A stretch of DNA of 64,000 nucleotides from Gammaproteobacteria bacterium (GTDB taxonomy: Bacteria > Pseudomonadota > Gammaproteobacteria > RBG-16-57-12). The stretch lies in the NCBI GenBank assembly GCA_022712945.1, contig JAFLJP010000044.1, positions 22,939 through 86,938 of the forward strand, read 5' to 3'. Shown here piece after piece: positions 13,598 through 22,493 of this stretch; within the stretch, counting starts at the first letter, position 1, and each line of letters begins with the position of its first letter. The notes below the pieces were generated by a model. It was not told the DNA's origin, did not search any database, and saw only the letters and a program-made list of their open reading frames with translations. The position numbers were made by a program, and so were the translations under genes.

Positions 13598-13763
13598 CTA
13601 GGAACGATCACGAAATAACGTCTACATTTTGACGTGCTCTTTTACCCCAGTTCAAACGATCTCAATCGTTACGTAGGCCAGCTATGCGCCTCTTGAGATC
13701 GTTTGAACGGGAGCAAAATTTCTGCGTCATAATTGCATAAGTTATTCCGTGCTCGTTCCTTAG
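13598..13763. repeat. 166-bp imperfect long-hairpin intergenic element (copy R1)
   Basis: Termini CTAGGAACGATCACGAAATAAC / GTTATTCCGTGCTCGTTCCTTAG are inverted repeats. The inner 17-bp arms are CAGTTCAAACGATCTCAA / TTGAGATCGTTTGAACGG. It lies in the pyrC-rsmE divergent spacer. Confidence 0.8.
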
Positions 13764-13860
13764 TATGCCATTTTTTTACTGTTTATTCGTAATAATTGAG
13801 AATGACAGCCTCTATTCTCGTTATAATTTGCACTTCTAATTCTGTTAAGTGAAAAGAGTG

Positions 13861-14589
13861 ATGGCTACTCCTCGTTTTTATATTGATGTTCCGCTGCAAA
13901 CGGGTGTTGAAGTTGAGTTGCCCGCAGGGGTTGCCAGCCACTGCTCTCGGGTATTGCGCCTGAAAGAGAACGCACCGTTGATTCTCTTTAATGGGCAGGG
14001 TGGAGAGTTTCGTGCCCGCTTGCTATCAGTGGAGAAGCGGCGTGTGACCGCTCTTTTAGAGGAGTGGAGTGGGCGAGAGGCAGAATCCCCATTGCGAGTA
14101 CAAATTGCTCAGGGTGTCTCTAAAGGCGAGCGGATGGATTATACCGTGCAAAAGGCGGTGGAGCTGGGTGTTTATGGCATAACGCCGATTATCACCGAAC
14201 GCACGGTGGTTAACTTGAAGGGTGAGCGTGCTGAAAAACGCCGCATACATTGGCAGGGTGTTGTGGTGGCGGCTTGTGAGCAGTCGGGGCGAAATAAAGT
14301 ACCCGCAGTGGAGTCACTGGTTCACTTTAAACAGTGGATTAGCCAACCTCGGCAGGGGCTTAAATTAGTTTTGCACCACCGTGCAGCACAAGCGTTACAA
14401 ACCATGGCACCACCGGAAGAGGGGGTGACACTGCTGATTGGCCCTGAAGGGGGTTTGAGTGAGCAAGAGATTATGCTGGCTGAACAGGCGGGTTTTGTTT
14501 CGGTCTGCTTAGGACCAAGGGTGTTGCGCACCGAGACAGCGGCTTTAACAATATTGTCGCTATTACAGCTATTGTGGGGGGATTTTTAA
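13861..14589 (+). CDS. rsmE: 16S rRNA (uracil1498-N3)-methyltransferase
   Basis: MATPRFYIDVPL..., with a C-terminal LLIGPEGGLSEQE SPOUT motif. ATG at 13861 lies inside the longer GTG ORF. Confidence 0.9.
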   Translation: MATPRFYIDVPLQTGVEVELPAGVASHCSRVLRLKENAPLILFNGQGGEFRARLLSVEKRRVTALLEEWSGREAESPLRVQIAQGVSKGERMDYTVQKAVELGVYGITPIITERTVVNLKGERAEKRRIHWQGVVVAACEQSGRNKVPAVESLVHFKQWISQPRQGLKLVLHHRAAQALQTMAPPEEGVTLLIGPEGGLSEQEIMLAEQAGFVSVCLGPRVLRTETAALTILSLLQLLWGDF

Positions 14590-14665
14590 TTTAAAAATAG
14601 CTGCTGAATGGTCGACCTAACAGATAAGGTATTTGAAATGTGCTGTTCTACTCACTGGGGTAATA

Positions 14666-15880
14666 ATGATATTAAGCCGATTTTATAAAGGTGAAAACCG
14701 TGATACACGCCCCAAAAAAATCGGGCTGGTATTGGCCGGTGGTGGTGCACGAGCCGCTTATCAAGTGGGTGTATTAAAGGGCATTGCCGAGTTGGAGCCT
14801 GTTGGGGTACCTAACCCTTTTCCCATTATTAGTGGTACCTCTGCCGGGGCAATTAACGGTGCAGCGCTGGCCATTTATGCACCCCATTTTCAAGGGGCTG
14901 TCCGTCGTCTCTGCTCTGTGTGGGAGAATTTCCATGTCTCCCATGTTTTTCGCTCAGACCCATTGGGTATGCTGCAAAACAGTAGTTTATGGATGTTGGC
15001 GATGCTGCTGGGTGGATTGGGGAAACATAATCCTCAGGCGTTACTCAACCGTCAGCCACTTTATGAACTGCTGGCACAACGTCTGCCTTGTGAGCGTATT
15101 CAACAATCGATTGATGCGGGTTTTGTTGAGGCATTTGGTGTGAGTTGCTCTGGTTACAACAGTGGCCGGTCAGTCACTTTTTTTCAGGGACAAGAGGATA
15201 TTCAACCCTGGCAACGGGTCAGGCGAGTCGGTACACGTTCGGTTATTACCACTGAACACCTTATGGCCTCGTCGGCACTGCCGTTTATTTTTCGACCCGA
15301 AAAAATCCATCGTGAGTTTTATGGCGATGGCTCAATGCGTCAGATGGCACCCCTAAGCCCAGCATTACACATGGGTGCCGAGCGCTTGTTGGTGATTGGT
15401 GTGCGCTTGGATGATAGCGCTCAGCCCGAGCGGGTAGAAGATGCGGCTATGCCTTCGGTGGCACAAGTGGGTGGACATGCGCTTAATAGTATTTTTTTAG
15501 ATTCACTGGATGCTGATCTTGAACGGCTGCACCGTATCAATAAAACCGTTGACCTGATTCCCCGCCGTAAAGGGAGTGAAACGCCCCTGCGTCGGATCGA
15601 AAGCTTGGTTATTTCGCCCAGTCGTCACTTGAGTGAGGTGGCAGAAGAGTATGCGGGTCTGCTACCCAAATCGGTCGCCTTCTTCTTCCGTGGTATTGGG
15701 GTCTACAAAAAAGATGGCTCTGATTTTTTAAGTTATCTGCTTTTTGAGCGGGAGTATTGCCAGGCTTTAATTGAGCTGGGTTACCGTGATGCAATGGCGC
15801 AACAGGAGAATATTATCAGCTTTTTGAATGATAAGGATTACACAACGCCCGTTGAAGAGGCTGAAGATACTGACTTTTAG
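14666..15880 (+). CDS. Patatin-like phospholipase family protein
   Basis: GLVLAGGGARAAYQVGVL (oxyanion GGG), GTSAGAING (GxSxG nucleophile) and a later DGS (catalytic Asp). Confidence 0.88.
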   Translation: MILSRFYKGENRDTRPKKIGLVLAGGGARAAYQVGVLKGIAELEPVGVPNPFPIISGTSAGAINGAALAIYAPHFQGAVRRLCSVWENFHVSHVFRSDPLGMLQNSSLWMLAMLLGGLGKHNPQALLNRQPLYELLAQRLPCERIQQSIDAGFVEAFGVSCSGYNSGRSVTFFQGQEDIQPWQRVRRVGTRSVITTEHLMASSALPFIFRPEKIHREFYGDGSMRQMAPLSPALHMGAERLLVIGVRLDDSAQPERVEDAAMPSVAQVGGHALNSIFLDSLDADLERLHRINKTVDLIPRRKGSETPLRRIESLVISPSRHLSEVAEEYAGLLPKSVAFFFRGIGVYKKDGSDFLSYLLFEREYCQALIELGYRDAMAQQENIISFLNDKDYTTPVEEAEDTDF

Positions 15881-15887
15881 CTACCCT

Positions 15888-16247
15888 TTATACAATGCTT
15901 GGCAGTAGAGACAAAACGACACAATAGACAATTTTACAGATCAGGTGCAATGCTTGATCCTGATGAAAGCTTAACTTTCCTTCGCACTTTAGAAAATCGA
16001 TAATGGTATGTAACAACGTTTCAATAAAGCCCAGTAACAGGCTTTCCGTCACCAGCAGGACAACCCCACCGTGAATCAGTGTATGCGCCCCAAGCCAGTA
16101 TTGCCATGGCGGGAAGTTTTCCCCCTTGTTTTTATGAATCGCATTATGGCGGTTTTTAGCCGTAGCCATTACATCACTCTGCAACACAAAATCGGCTAGT
16201 GCGTGGCCTGCAATCAGTAAGAAAAAGAGTGTAAAAAATTCGGTCAT
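15888..16247 (-). CDS. Small integral membrane protein, DUF3307-like
   Basis: 119 aa with about 3-4 hydrophobic helices. GHALADFVLQSD is the motif I associate with DUF3307; the family assignment is from memory. Confidence 0.6.
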   Translation of the reverse strand: MTEFFTLFFLLIAGHALADFVLQSDVMATAKNRHNAIHKNKGENFPPWQYWLGAHTLIHGGVVLLVTESLLLGFIETLLHTIIDFLKCEGKLSFHQDQALHLICKIVYCVVLSLLPSIV

Positions 16248-16467
16248 GGGTTGTTTTTATGCTGGATGGATGTGGTAATTTTTTAGTGTACTAGCATGCC
16301 GCCTATTACGCTACAGGGTGAATTGAATCAGCTGTATCGCTTGAGCACCTTTCTGTTCTTAAATATCCAGTGATTTTTTGCTCATTATAAGTGAAAGATC
16401 CTGCATCTTTTTGTTCTGACTGTGTTGAATGTAACTTGATGCAGCGAATCCTCTGTGCAGTGGTAAG

Positions 16468-16527
16468 GTGATGTAACCGATTGAGTAAAAAAATAACCAA
16501 GAGTTGAGGTAAACGCTGAGTAGTTAC
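16468..16527. repeat. Half copy (inverted) of the R4-type hairpin element
   Basis: The reverse complement GTAACTACTCAGCGTTTACCTCAACTCTTGGTTATTTTTTTACTCAATCGGTTACATCAC aligns with 29151-29216 (GTAACGACTCAGCGT...TTACCTCAACTCTTCGTTATTTTCGTACTCAATCGGTCACAT). Confidence 0.75.
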
Positions 16528-16578
16528 CCCCAAAGAAAGGTATAATCCCCGGCTTATTTTTAGTAAAGCAGTGTTGTA

Positions 16579-18588
16579 ATGGAAGGCCTTAACCCTCGTC
16601 AAAAAGAAGCGGTACTCTATATTGATAGCCCCTGCCTAGTGCTGGCGGGAGCTGGAAGTGGCAAGACGCGGGTGATTACCGAAAAAATTGCCTATCTAAT
16701 TCAACAATGCGGCTACAAGCCTAACACTGTTGCCGCTGTCACCTTTACCAACAAAGCGGCCCGTGAGATGAAGAGCCGGGTGGGTAAATTGTTGCAGGGC
16801 AAGGAGGCCCGTGGGCTGAAAGTATCCACTTTTCACACCCTCGGCTTAAATATTTTGAAGCGCGAGCACAAAACCCTTGGCTATAAAGCGGGTTTTACCA
16901 TCTTTGATGCCGCAGACAGTGCCGCGCTGATTAAAGAGCTGATGCACAAGTCGTTCGATTGTGACGGTGATATGGTGCAACAGGTGCAGTGGCAGATATC
17001 CAGCTGGAAAAATGCCATGATCACCCCCGATCTAGCACTGAACCTGACCGAAGATGACGCACTGAAAGTGGCAGCTGCCACCATTTATGAAAAATATCAA
17101 CGTAACCTCAAAGCCTACAATGCGGTCGATTTTGATGATCTGATCCTGATGCCCACGCTGCTGTTTGCTCAGTATCCCGAGATATTGGCCCGCTGGCAGG
17201 CACGCATCCGCTACCTGTTGGTTGATGAATATCAGGATACCAATGGTTGCCAATATACCCTGGTGAAACAGATTGTCGGCCTGCGCGGCAGCCTCACCGT
17301 GGTGGGGGATGATGACCAGTCGATCTACGCCTGGCGCGGTGCGCAACCTGAAAATATGGCACTGCTGAAAGAAGACTTTCCCAGTCTCAAGCTCATCAAG
17401 CTGGAACAAAATTATCGCTCCATGGGGCGAATCCTCAAAGCGGCCAATGAGCTGATCGCCAACAACCCGCATCTGTTTGAAAAGAAGCTGTGGTCTGACA
17501 AGGGTTATGGTGATCCACTGCGAGTACTACATTGCCGCAATGAGGAGCATGAAGCCGAGCGGGTGGTCTCAGAGATGCTGCACCACAAGTTCCAAAATCG
17601 TACCCAGGATCAGGATTACGCCATCCTCTATCGCAGCAATCATCAATCACGACTGCTCGAACGTATGCTGCGGGAGCATCGCATTCCCTATCACCTCAGC
17701 GGAGGCACCTCCTTTTTCGCAAAAACTGAAATTAAAGACATCATGGCCTATCTGCGCCTGCTGGTGAATCAGGATGATGACAACGCCTTCCTGCGGATTG
17801 TTAATGTACCCCGCCGTGAACTGGGGCCATCGACCCTAGAAAAGTTGGGCAGTTACGCCACCATGCGTGGCATCAGCCTGTTTACTGCCAGCTTCGAACT
17901 GGGCCTGGGTGAACACCTTAACGAACGTCAGCTGGAGCGCCTGCAACGCTTCACCCACTGGATCAACCTGCAAGCCGACAATACCAAACGGGGTGATACG
18001 CTGGCGGTTATTAAAGGCATGGTGACTGATATTGGTTATTCAGATTGGTTGATGGAGAGCAGTAAAAATGAAACACAGGCAGAAAAACGCCTGCAAAATG
18101 TTTACGACCTTATCGAGTGGTTGGGGCGCATGATACAGGAGGGCGATAAAGACCTTGCAGAGGCGGTGGCCAGTATGGCGCTACTCGACATACTCGATCG
18201 CCAAAACGAGGAGGAGAGCACGGATGCTGTCACCCTGATGACCCTGCACGCGGCAAAGGGGCTGGAGTTTCCCCACGTTTTTCTGATGGGGGTTGAAGAG
18301 GAGATATTGCCACACCGCAACAGCATTGAAAATGACGACGTTGAAGAGGAGCGCCGCCTAGCTTATGTGGGGATCACCCGCGCACAAAAGACCCTGACTA
18401 TGAGCTACGCCGCCAGACGCAAACAGTATGGTGAACTCACCGCATGTGAACCCAGTCGCTTTCTCTATGAACTGCCCCAGGATGACCTTGAGTGGGAAGG
18501 GCGGGGCGGTGAAACCTGCCCTGAGAAGAAGAAAGAGCGCGGCAAAGCCAACCTTGCCAATCTCAAGAGCATTTTAGGGCAGGGATAG
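16579..18588 (+). CDS. rep: ATP-dependent DNA helicase Rep
   Basis: 669 aa UvrD/Rep superfamily-1 helicase. Has AGAGSGKTRVIT (Walker A), LLVDEYQDTN and the correct length for Rep. Confidence 0.9.
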   Translation: MEGLNPRQKEAVLYIDSPCLVLAGAGSGKTRVITEKIAYLIQQCGYKPNTVAAVTFTNKAAREMKSRVGKLLQGKEARGLKVSTFHTLGLNILKREHKTLGYKAGFTIFDAADSAALIKELMHKSFDCDGDMVQQVQWQISSWKNAMITPDLALNLTEDDALKVAAATIYEKYQRNLKAYNAVDFDDLILMPTLLFAQYPEILARWQARIRYLLVDEYQDTNGCQYTLVKQIVGLRGSLTVVGDDDQSIYAWRGAQPENMALLKEDFPSLKLIKLEQNYRSMGRILKAANELIANNPHLFEKKLWSDKGYGDPLRVLHCRNEEHEAERVVSEMLHHKFQNRTQDQDYAILYRSNHQSRLLERMLREHRIPYHLSGGTSFFAKTEIKDIMAYLRLLVNQDDDNAFLRIVNVPRRELGPSTLEKLGSYATMRGISLFTASFELGLGEHLNERQLERLQRFTHWINLQADNTKRGDTLAVIKGMVTDIGYSDWLMESSKNETQAEKRLQNVYDLIEWLGRMIQEGDKDLAEAVASMALLDILDRQNEEESTDAVTLMTLHAAKGLEFPHVFLMGVEEEILPHRNSIENDDVEEERRLAYVGITRAQKTLTMSYAARRKQYGELTACEPSRFLYELPQDDLEWEGRGGETCPEKKKERGKANLANLKSILGQG

Positions 18589-18652
18589 TTGAAGTTGAGA
18601 TTTCTGCGGGTTGATAATAGGGTTATACACAACAGTTGAATGAGGTTTACCG

Positions 18653-19690
18653 ATGGAAATGATGGCGGCGCTGGTTAAAAAAGAGGCCAGAGAGGGGTTG
18701 TGGCTGGAGAGTGTGCCGGTGCCCGCAGTAGGCAATAATGATGTATTGGTCAAAATTCAGAAAACCGCGATTTGTGGTACCGATATCCATATCTACAACT
18801 GGGATGCATGGGCACAAAAAACCATCCCGGTACCGATGACCATTGGCCATGAGTTCGCCGGTGTGGTGGTTGAGGCCGGTGCCAATGTTGAAGGCATTCA
18901 GATTGGTGACGTCGTTTCGGGAGAGGGACATATTGTGTGCGAGCGATGCCGCAACTGCCTGGCAGGTCGCCGTCATCTCTGCCCCAATACCATCGGCATC
19001 GGTGTTAACCGTACCGGCTGTTTTGCTGAATACCTCGCCATTCCGGCAAAAAATGTGTTCAGGCCCAATATTGAAATACCGACCGAGGTTCTGGCCTGTT
19101 TTGACCCTTATGGAAACGCGGTTCATACCGCACTCTCTTTTAATATGGTGGGTGAGGATGTCTTGATCACTGGCGCCGGCCCGATCGGCATTATGGCGGC
19201 GATGGTTGCCAGCCATTGTGGTGCACGAAATATTGTGATTACCGACCTCAATCAATACCGACTGGATCTGGCGAAAAAAATTGTACCAAAAGCGATCCCC
19301 CTGAATGTGAAAGAACAGGTTATCAGCAGCGAATTTATGCGCAGCCTCGGTATTCTCGAAGGGTTTGATGTGGGGTTGGAGATGTCCGGCTCACCCCACG
19401 CATTTAAAGAGATGCTGAGTAAAACAATTAATGGCGGTCACATTGCCATGCTAGCGATCATGCCTAATGGAACCGGCATTGATTGGGATCAGGTGGTATT
19501 TAAAGGGCTGCACATCAAAGGCATCTACGGGCGTGAAATATTTGAGACCTGGTACAAAGGAACCATGATGGTACAGAGTGGCGTGCCGCTGGAGAAAATT
19601 ATCACCCACCGTTTTCACTACCGTGATTTCCAAAAAGGGTTTGATGTGATGCGTTCGGGCCACTCCGGCAAGGTGATTCTAGAGTGGTAG
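18653..19690 (+). CDS. tdh: L-threonine 3-dehydrogenase
   Basis: Zn-ADH fold. [37 protein letters not shown] is collinear with E. coli Tdh. 345 aa. Confidence 0.93.
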   Translation: MEMMAALVKKEAREGLWLESVPVPAVGNNDVLVKIQKTAICGTDIHIYNWDAWAQKTIPVPMTIGHEFAGVVVEAGANVEGIQIGDVVSGEGHIVCERCRNCLAGRRHLCPNTIGIGVNRTGCFAEYLAIPAKNVFRPNIEIPTEVLACFDPYGNAVHTALSFNMVGEDVLITGAGPIGIMAAMVASHCGARNIVITDLNQYRLDLAKKIVPKAIPLNVKEQVISSEFMRSLGILEGFDVGLEMSGSPHAFKEMLSKTINGGHIAMLAIMPNGTGIDWDQVVFKGLHIKGIYGREIFETWYKGTMMVQSGVPLEKIITHRFHYRDFQKGFDVMRSGHSGKVILEW

Positions 19691-19710
19691 CTGCTTTCTA
19701 TAACCGGTCG

Positions 19711-19772
19711 AGACTTTTGCACGAAAAATAGTTTGTTTTCCAGCAAGGAAAATATGAATCGTGCAAAGGTCT
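19711..19772. repeat. 62-nt hairpin in the tdh-kbl spacer
   Basis: Arms AGACTTTTGCACGA / TCGTGCAAAGGTCT give 14 bp with 1 mismatch. An inner TTTTCC/GGAAAA stem is also present. Confidence 0.6.
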
Positions 19773-19796
19773 TTGATTGATAATTGGATAATAACG

Positions 19797-20987
19797 ATGA
19801 GCTTTAAAAGTACCAAAGAGAGTTTGACAACAGAGCTGGCTGAGATCAAAGCCGCTGGATTGTGGAAAACGGAGCGCGTTATCGCCTCTGAACAGAGAAA
19901 TGACATCACACTGACCGACGGCCAACACGTGATCAACATGTGTGCCAATAACTATCTGGGGCTAGCTAATAACCCGGAGGTCATTCAGGCTGCCAAAGAG
20001 AGCTATGATCAGTGGGGGTTTGGCCTCTCTTCGGTGCGTTTTATTTGCGGCACCCAACGCATTCACAAAGAGCTTGAAGAGAAAGTGAGTCAATTCCTTG
20101 GCATGGAAAATACCATTCTCTATGCCGCCTGCTTCGATGCCAATACCGGCCTTTTTGAAACCATTTTAACCCGTGAAGATGCCGTTATTTCTGATGAATT
20201 AAATCACGCCTCGATTATTGACGGGGTTCGTCTGTGCAAGGCGGCCCGCTACCGCTACAAAAATAGTGACATGGATGACCTTGAACTAAAGCTGAAAGAG
20301 GCCAAAGCAGCCGGCGCCCGACGGATTCTGATTACCACCGATGGGGTCTTTTCAATGGATGGCACCATTGCAAAGCTGGATGAAATTTGTGACCTCGCTG
20401 ATGAATACGATGCGATGGTCCATCATGACGACTGCCATGCGGTTGGCTTTATGGGCAAACAAGGGCGCGGGGTTCACGAATATTGTGGCGTGATGGATCG
20501 GGTCGACATTATCACCGGCACCTTTGGTAAAGCACTGGGCGGCGCCTCTGGCGGCTACACCTCAGGGCGTAAAGAAATTATTGATATGCTGCGCCAGCGC
20601 TCACGCCCCTATCTGTTTTCAAATACCGTGGCACCAGCGATCTGTGCCGCATCACTCAAAGTGTTAGAGATGTTGTCAGATTCCACCGCATTGCGAGACC
20701 GCCTGGAAGAGAATACCCGCTACTTCAGAAAAGGAATGCAGGCAGCAGGTCTTGCAGTTGCCGATGGCGATCACCCCATCATCCCCGTGATGCTGGGTGA
20801 TGCGGTGCTGGCACAAAAAATGTCACAACGGCTACTGGAAAAAGGAATTTACGCCATCGGCTTCTTCTTTCCGGTAGTGCCCAAAGGTAAGGCGCGAATA
20901 CGCACACAAATTTCGGCCGCTCACACTAAAAGTGATTTAGACAAGGCAATTGCTGCGTTTGCAGAAACCTACAGAGAGCTGGTGTAG
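19797..20987 (+). CDS. kbl: Glycine C-acetyltransferase (2-amino-3-ketobutyrate CoA ligase)
   Basis: Alpha-oxoamine synthase family with the PLP-lysine region [13 protein letters not shown]. About 396 aa from ATG 19797, immediately downstream of tdh. Confidence 0.93.
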   Translation: MSFKSTKESLTTELAEIKAAGLWKTERVIASEQRNDITLTDGQHVINMCANNYLGLANNPEVIQAAKESYDQWGFGLSSVRFICGTQRIHKELEEKVSQFLGMENTILYAACFDANTGLFETILTREDAVISDELNHASIIDGVRLCKAARYRYKNSDMDDLELKLKEAKAAGARRILITTDGVFSMDGTIAKLDEICDLADEYDAMVHHDDCHAVGFMGKQGRGVHEYCGVMDRVDIITGTFGKALGGASGGYTSGRKEIIDMLRQRSRPYLFSNTVAPAICAASLKVLEMLSDSTALRDRLEENTRYFRKGMQAAGLAVADGDHPIIPVMLGDAVLAQKMSQRLLEKGIYAIGFFFPVVPKGKARIRTQISAAHTKSDLDKAIAAFAETYRELV

Positions 20988-21009
20988 TGTCTCTACCGCT
21001 TGCTGACCC

Positions 21010-21019
21010 GGGGGGGGGG
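21010..21019. repeat. Homopolymeric G10 tract
   Basis: Read directly as cccGGGGGGGGGGtg, 23 nt downstream of the kbl stop. Confidence 0.95.
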
Positions 21020-21130
21020 TGAAAGTCCTCTGTAGGAAGCTTACCCCACAAGGAGGTACCTAGGTCTGGGGAGATCTGCTTACGGGGGCTGAGGGTTAAA
21101 GACCCTTGGCTACCCGATTAGCTCTTTTCT

Positions 21131-21297
21131 CTAGGAGGCTGTCCGAGAATGAGAGTCGTCGCGAGGGAAAGCCATTTTGAGTCATATTTTTCGTAAATTT
21201 GAGGGGAATAGTCGTTCTATTCAACAAGAATTTACGGAGAATATGGCCAAAATGGATTTTCCGCAGTAGGCTTTTCATTCTCGGACAGCCTCCTAGG
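21131..21297. repeat. 167-bp long-hairpin element, CTAGG type (copy R2)
   Basis: CTAGGAGGCTGTCCGAGAATGA...TCATTCTCGGACAGCCTCCTAGG. Pairing is nearly continuous, including TCGTAAATT/GAATTTACG and GAATAG/CTATTC. It shares conserved blocks with copy R3 at 34632-34799. Confidence 0.9.
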
Positions 21298-21352
21298 AGC
21301 CTGTCTGAGAATAGAGGTCGTAGCGAGAGAGTGTGAATGTTTAATCAGAACC
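21293..21352. repeat. Partial second CTAGG-type copy abutting R2
   Basis: CTAGGAGCCTGTCTGAGAATAGAGGTCGTAGCGAGAGAGTGTGAATGTTTAATCAGAACC. The left arm resembles R2/R3, and the 3' part matches the reverse complement of 33604-33660. Confidence 0.75.
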
Positions 21353-21479
21353 GGACACCGATATGTGAAGGGAGCAACCATTCCCTGCGAATGCACCTTA
21401 CCAGGAAGACCGGCAGAGCAACTGATCCGCCAATATAAAGTGGTTGCTGTACTAGGCTCAAATCACTGAGGGTTCTATT

Positions 21480-21499
21480 CCCCGCAGCTTGCTGCGGGG
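21480..21499 (-). terminator. GC-rich stem-loop just downstream of fabI
   Basis: CCCCGCAGCTTGCTGCGGGG forms an 8-9 bp stem 15 nt past the fabI stop. There is no clear U-tract on the minus strand, so it may act as a stabiliser or a Rho-assisted stop. Confidence 0.45.
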
Positions 21500-21514
21500 T
21501 AGTTTATTGACCGT

Positions 21515-22300
21515 TTAGATCTTATGCGGCATCGCAACGGTGTGGTAACCACTATCTACATGGATCACTTCACCAGTAACACCCATCGCCAGATCAGAGG
21601 CGAGGAAGGCGGTGACATTGCCCACATCTTCGATGGTGACGTTGCGGCGCATGGGAGAGTTCTCTTCCGAGTAGTCGAGCATACGGCGGAAGCCGCTGAT
21701 TCCGGCGGCAGCCAGGGTGCGAATAGGGCCGGCAGAGACCGCATTAACACGAATGCCTTCCGGGCCAACCGCATTGGCCATGTAGCGTACATTGGCCTCC
21801 AGACTTGCCTTGGCGATACCCATTACGTTGTAGTTGGGAATGAAGCGTTCTGCACCGAGGTAGCTCATGGTAATCAGTGAGCCGTTACGCCCCTGCATCA
21901 TGTTGCGGGCCGCTTTGGCCAGTGCGGCAAAGGAGTAGGAGCTGATGTCGTGAGCCATTTTAAAGCCGTCACGGGTAACGCACTCCAGGTAGTCGCCCTC
22001 CAGCTCTTCGCGGGGGGCAAAGGCGACCGAGTGAATGATAATGTCGACGTGGTCCCAATAGTCATCCAGGTGCTCGAATACTTTTTCAATCTCTTCATCG
22101 CTGCTGACATCGCAAGGGATGAAAATTTCCGAGCCACACTCGGCACCGATTTTTTCCACACGACCGCGCAGACGTTCGTTCTGATAGGTGAAGGCCAGTT
22201 CGGCCCCTTCACGTTGCATCGCCTTGGCAATGCCGTAAGCGATGGATTTATTGCTGGCAAGGCCAACAATGAGTGCGTTTTTACCGGAAAGAATGCCCAT
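21515..22300 (-). CDS. fabI: Enoyl-ACP reductase (NADH), FabI
   Basis: [28 protein letters not shown]... SDR family, with the Tyr/Lys catalytic region ([23 protein letters not shown]). Start at internal Met 22300. Confidence 0.93.
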   Translation of the reverse strand: MGILSGKNALIVGLASNKSIAYGIAKAMQREGAELAFTYQNERLRGRVEKIGAECGSEIFIPCDVSSDEEIEKVFEHLDDYWDHVDIIIHSVAFAPREELEGDYLECVTRDGFKMAHDISSYSFAALAKAARNMMQGRNGSLITMSYLGAERFIPNYNVMGIAKASLEANVRYMANAVGPEGIRVNAVSAGPIRTLAAAGISGFRRMLDYSEENSPMRRNVTIEDVGNVTAFLASDLAMGVTGEVIHVDSGYHTVAMPHKI

Positions 22301-22493
22301 AGTGCGAACCTTTTCTATCGTTAAATCGTTGTGCGTTTCAGCCCACTGGCGAAAAGCGGTTGCTGGCATTATAGAGCGGCTGGCGGGGATTTTACAGCGC
22401 TTTTATGGATCTTGCGAGATAAGGTTTAACTTGGCTTGTTTTTCAGCAGCTTGCCCGGTATAACAGTGCAATATTGAAAACAATAGGCCCGTG

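Noticed and set aside
16306-16602. 98-aa minus-strand ORF in the DUF3307-rep spacer
   Set aside because: It overlaps the rep start and a repeat half copy, and it has no motif or RBS. The region is better explained as promoter plus repeat remnant.
21096-21278. 60-aa ORF inside repeat R2, and a 71-aa ORF at 29073-29288 inside R4
   Set aside because: They lie within palindromic repeats. The reading frames are not conserved between repeat copies (R2 versus R3), so they are by-products of the hairpin sequence.
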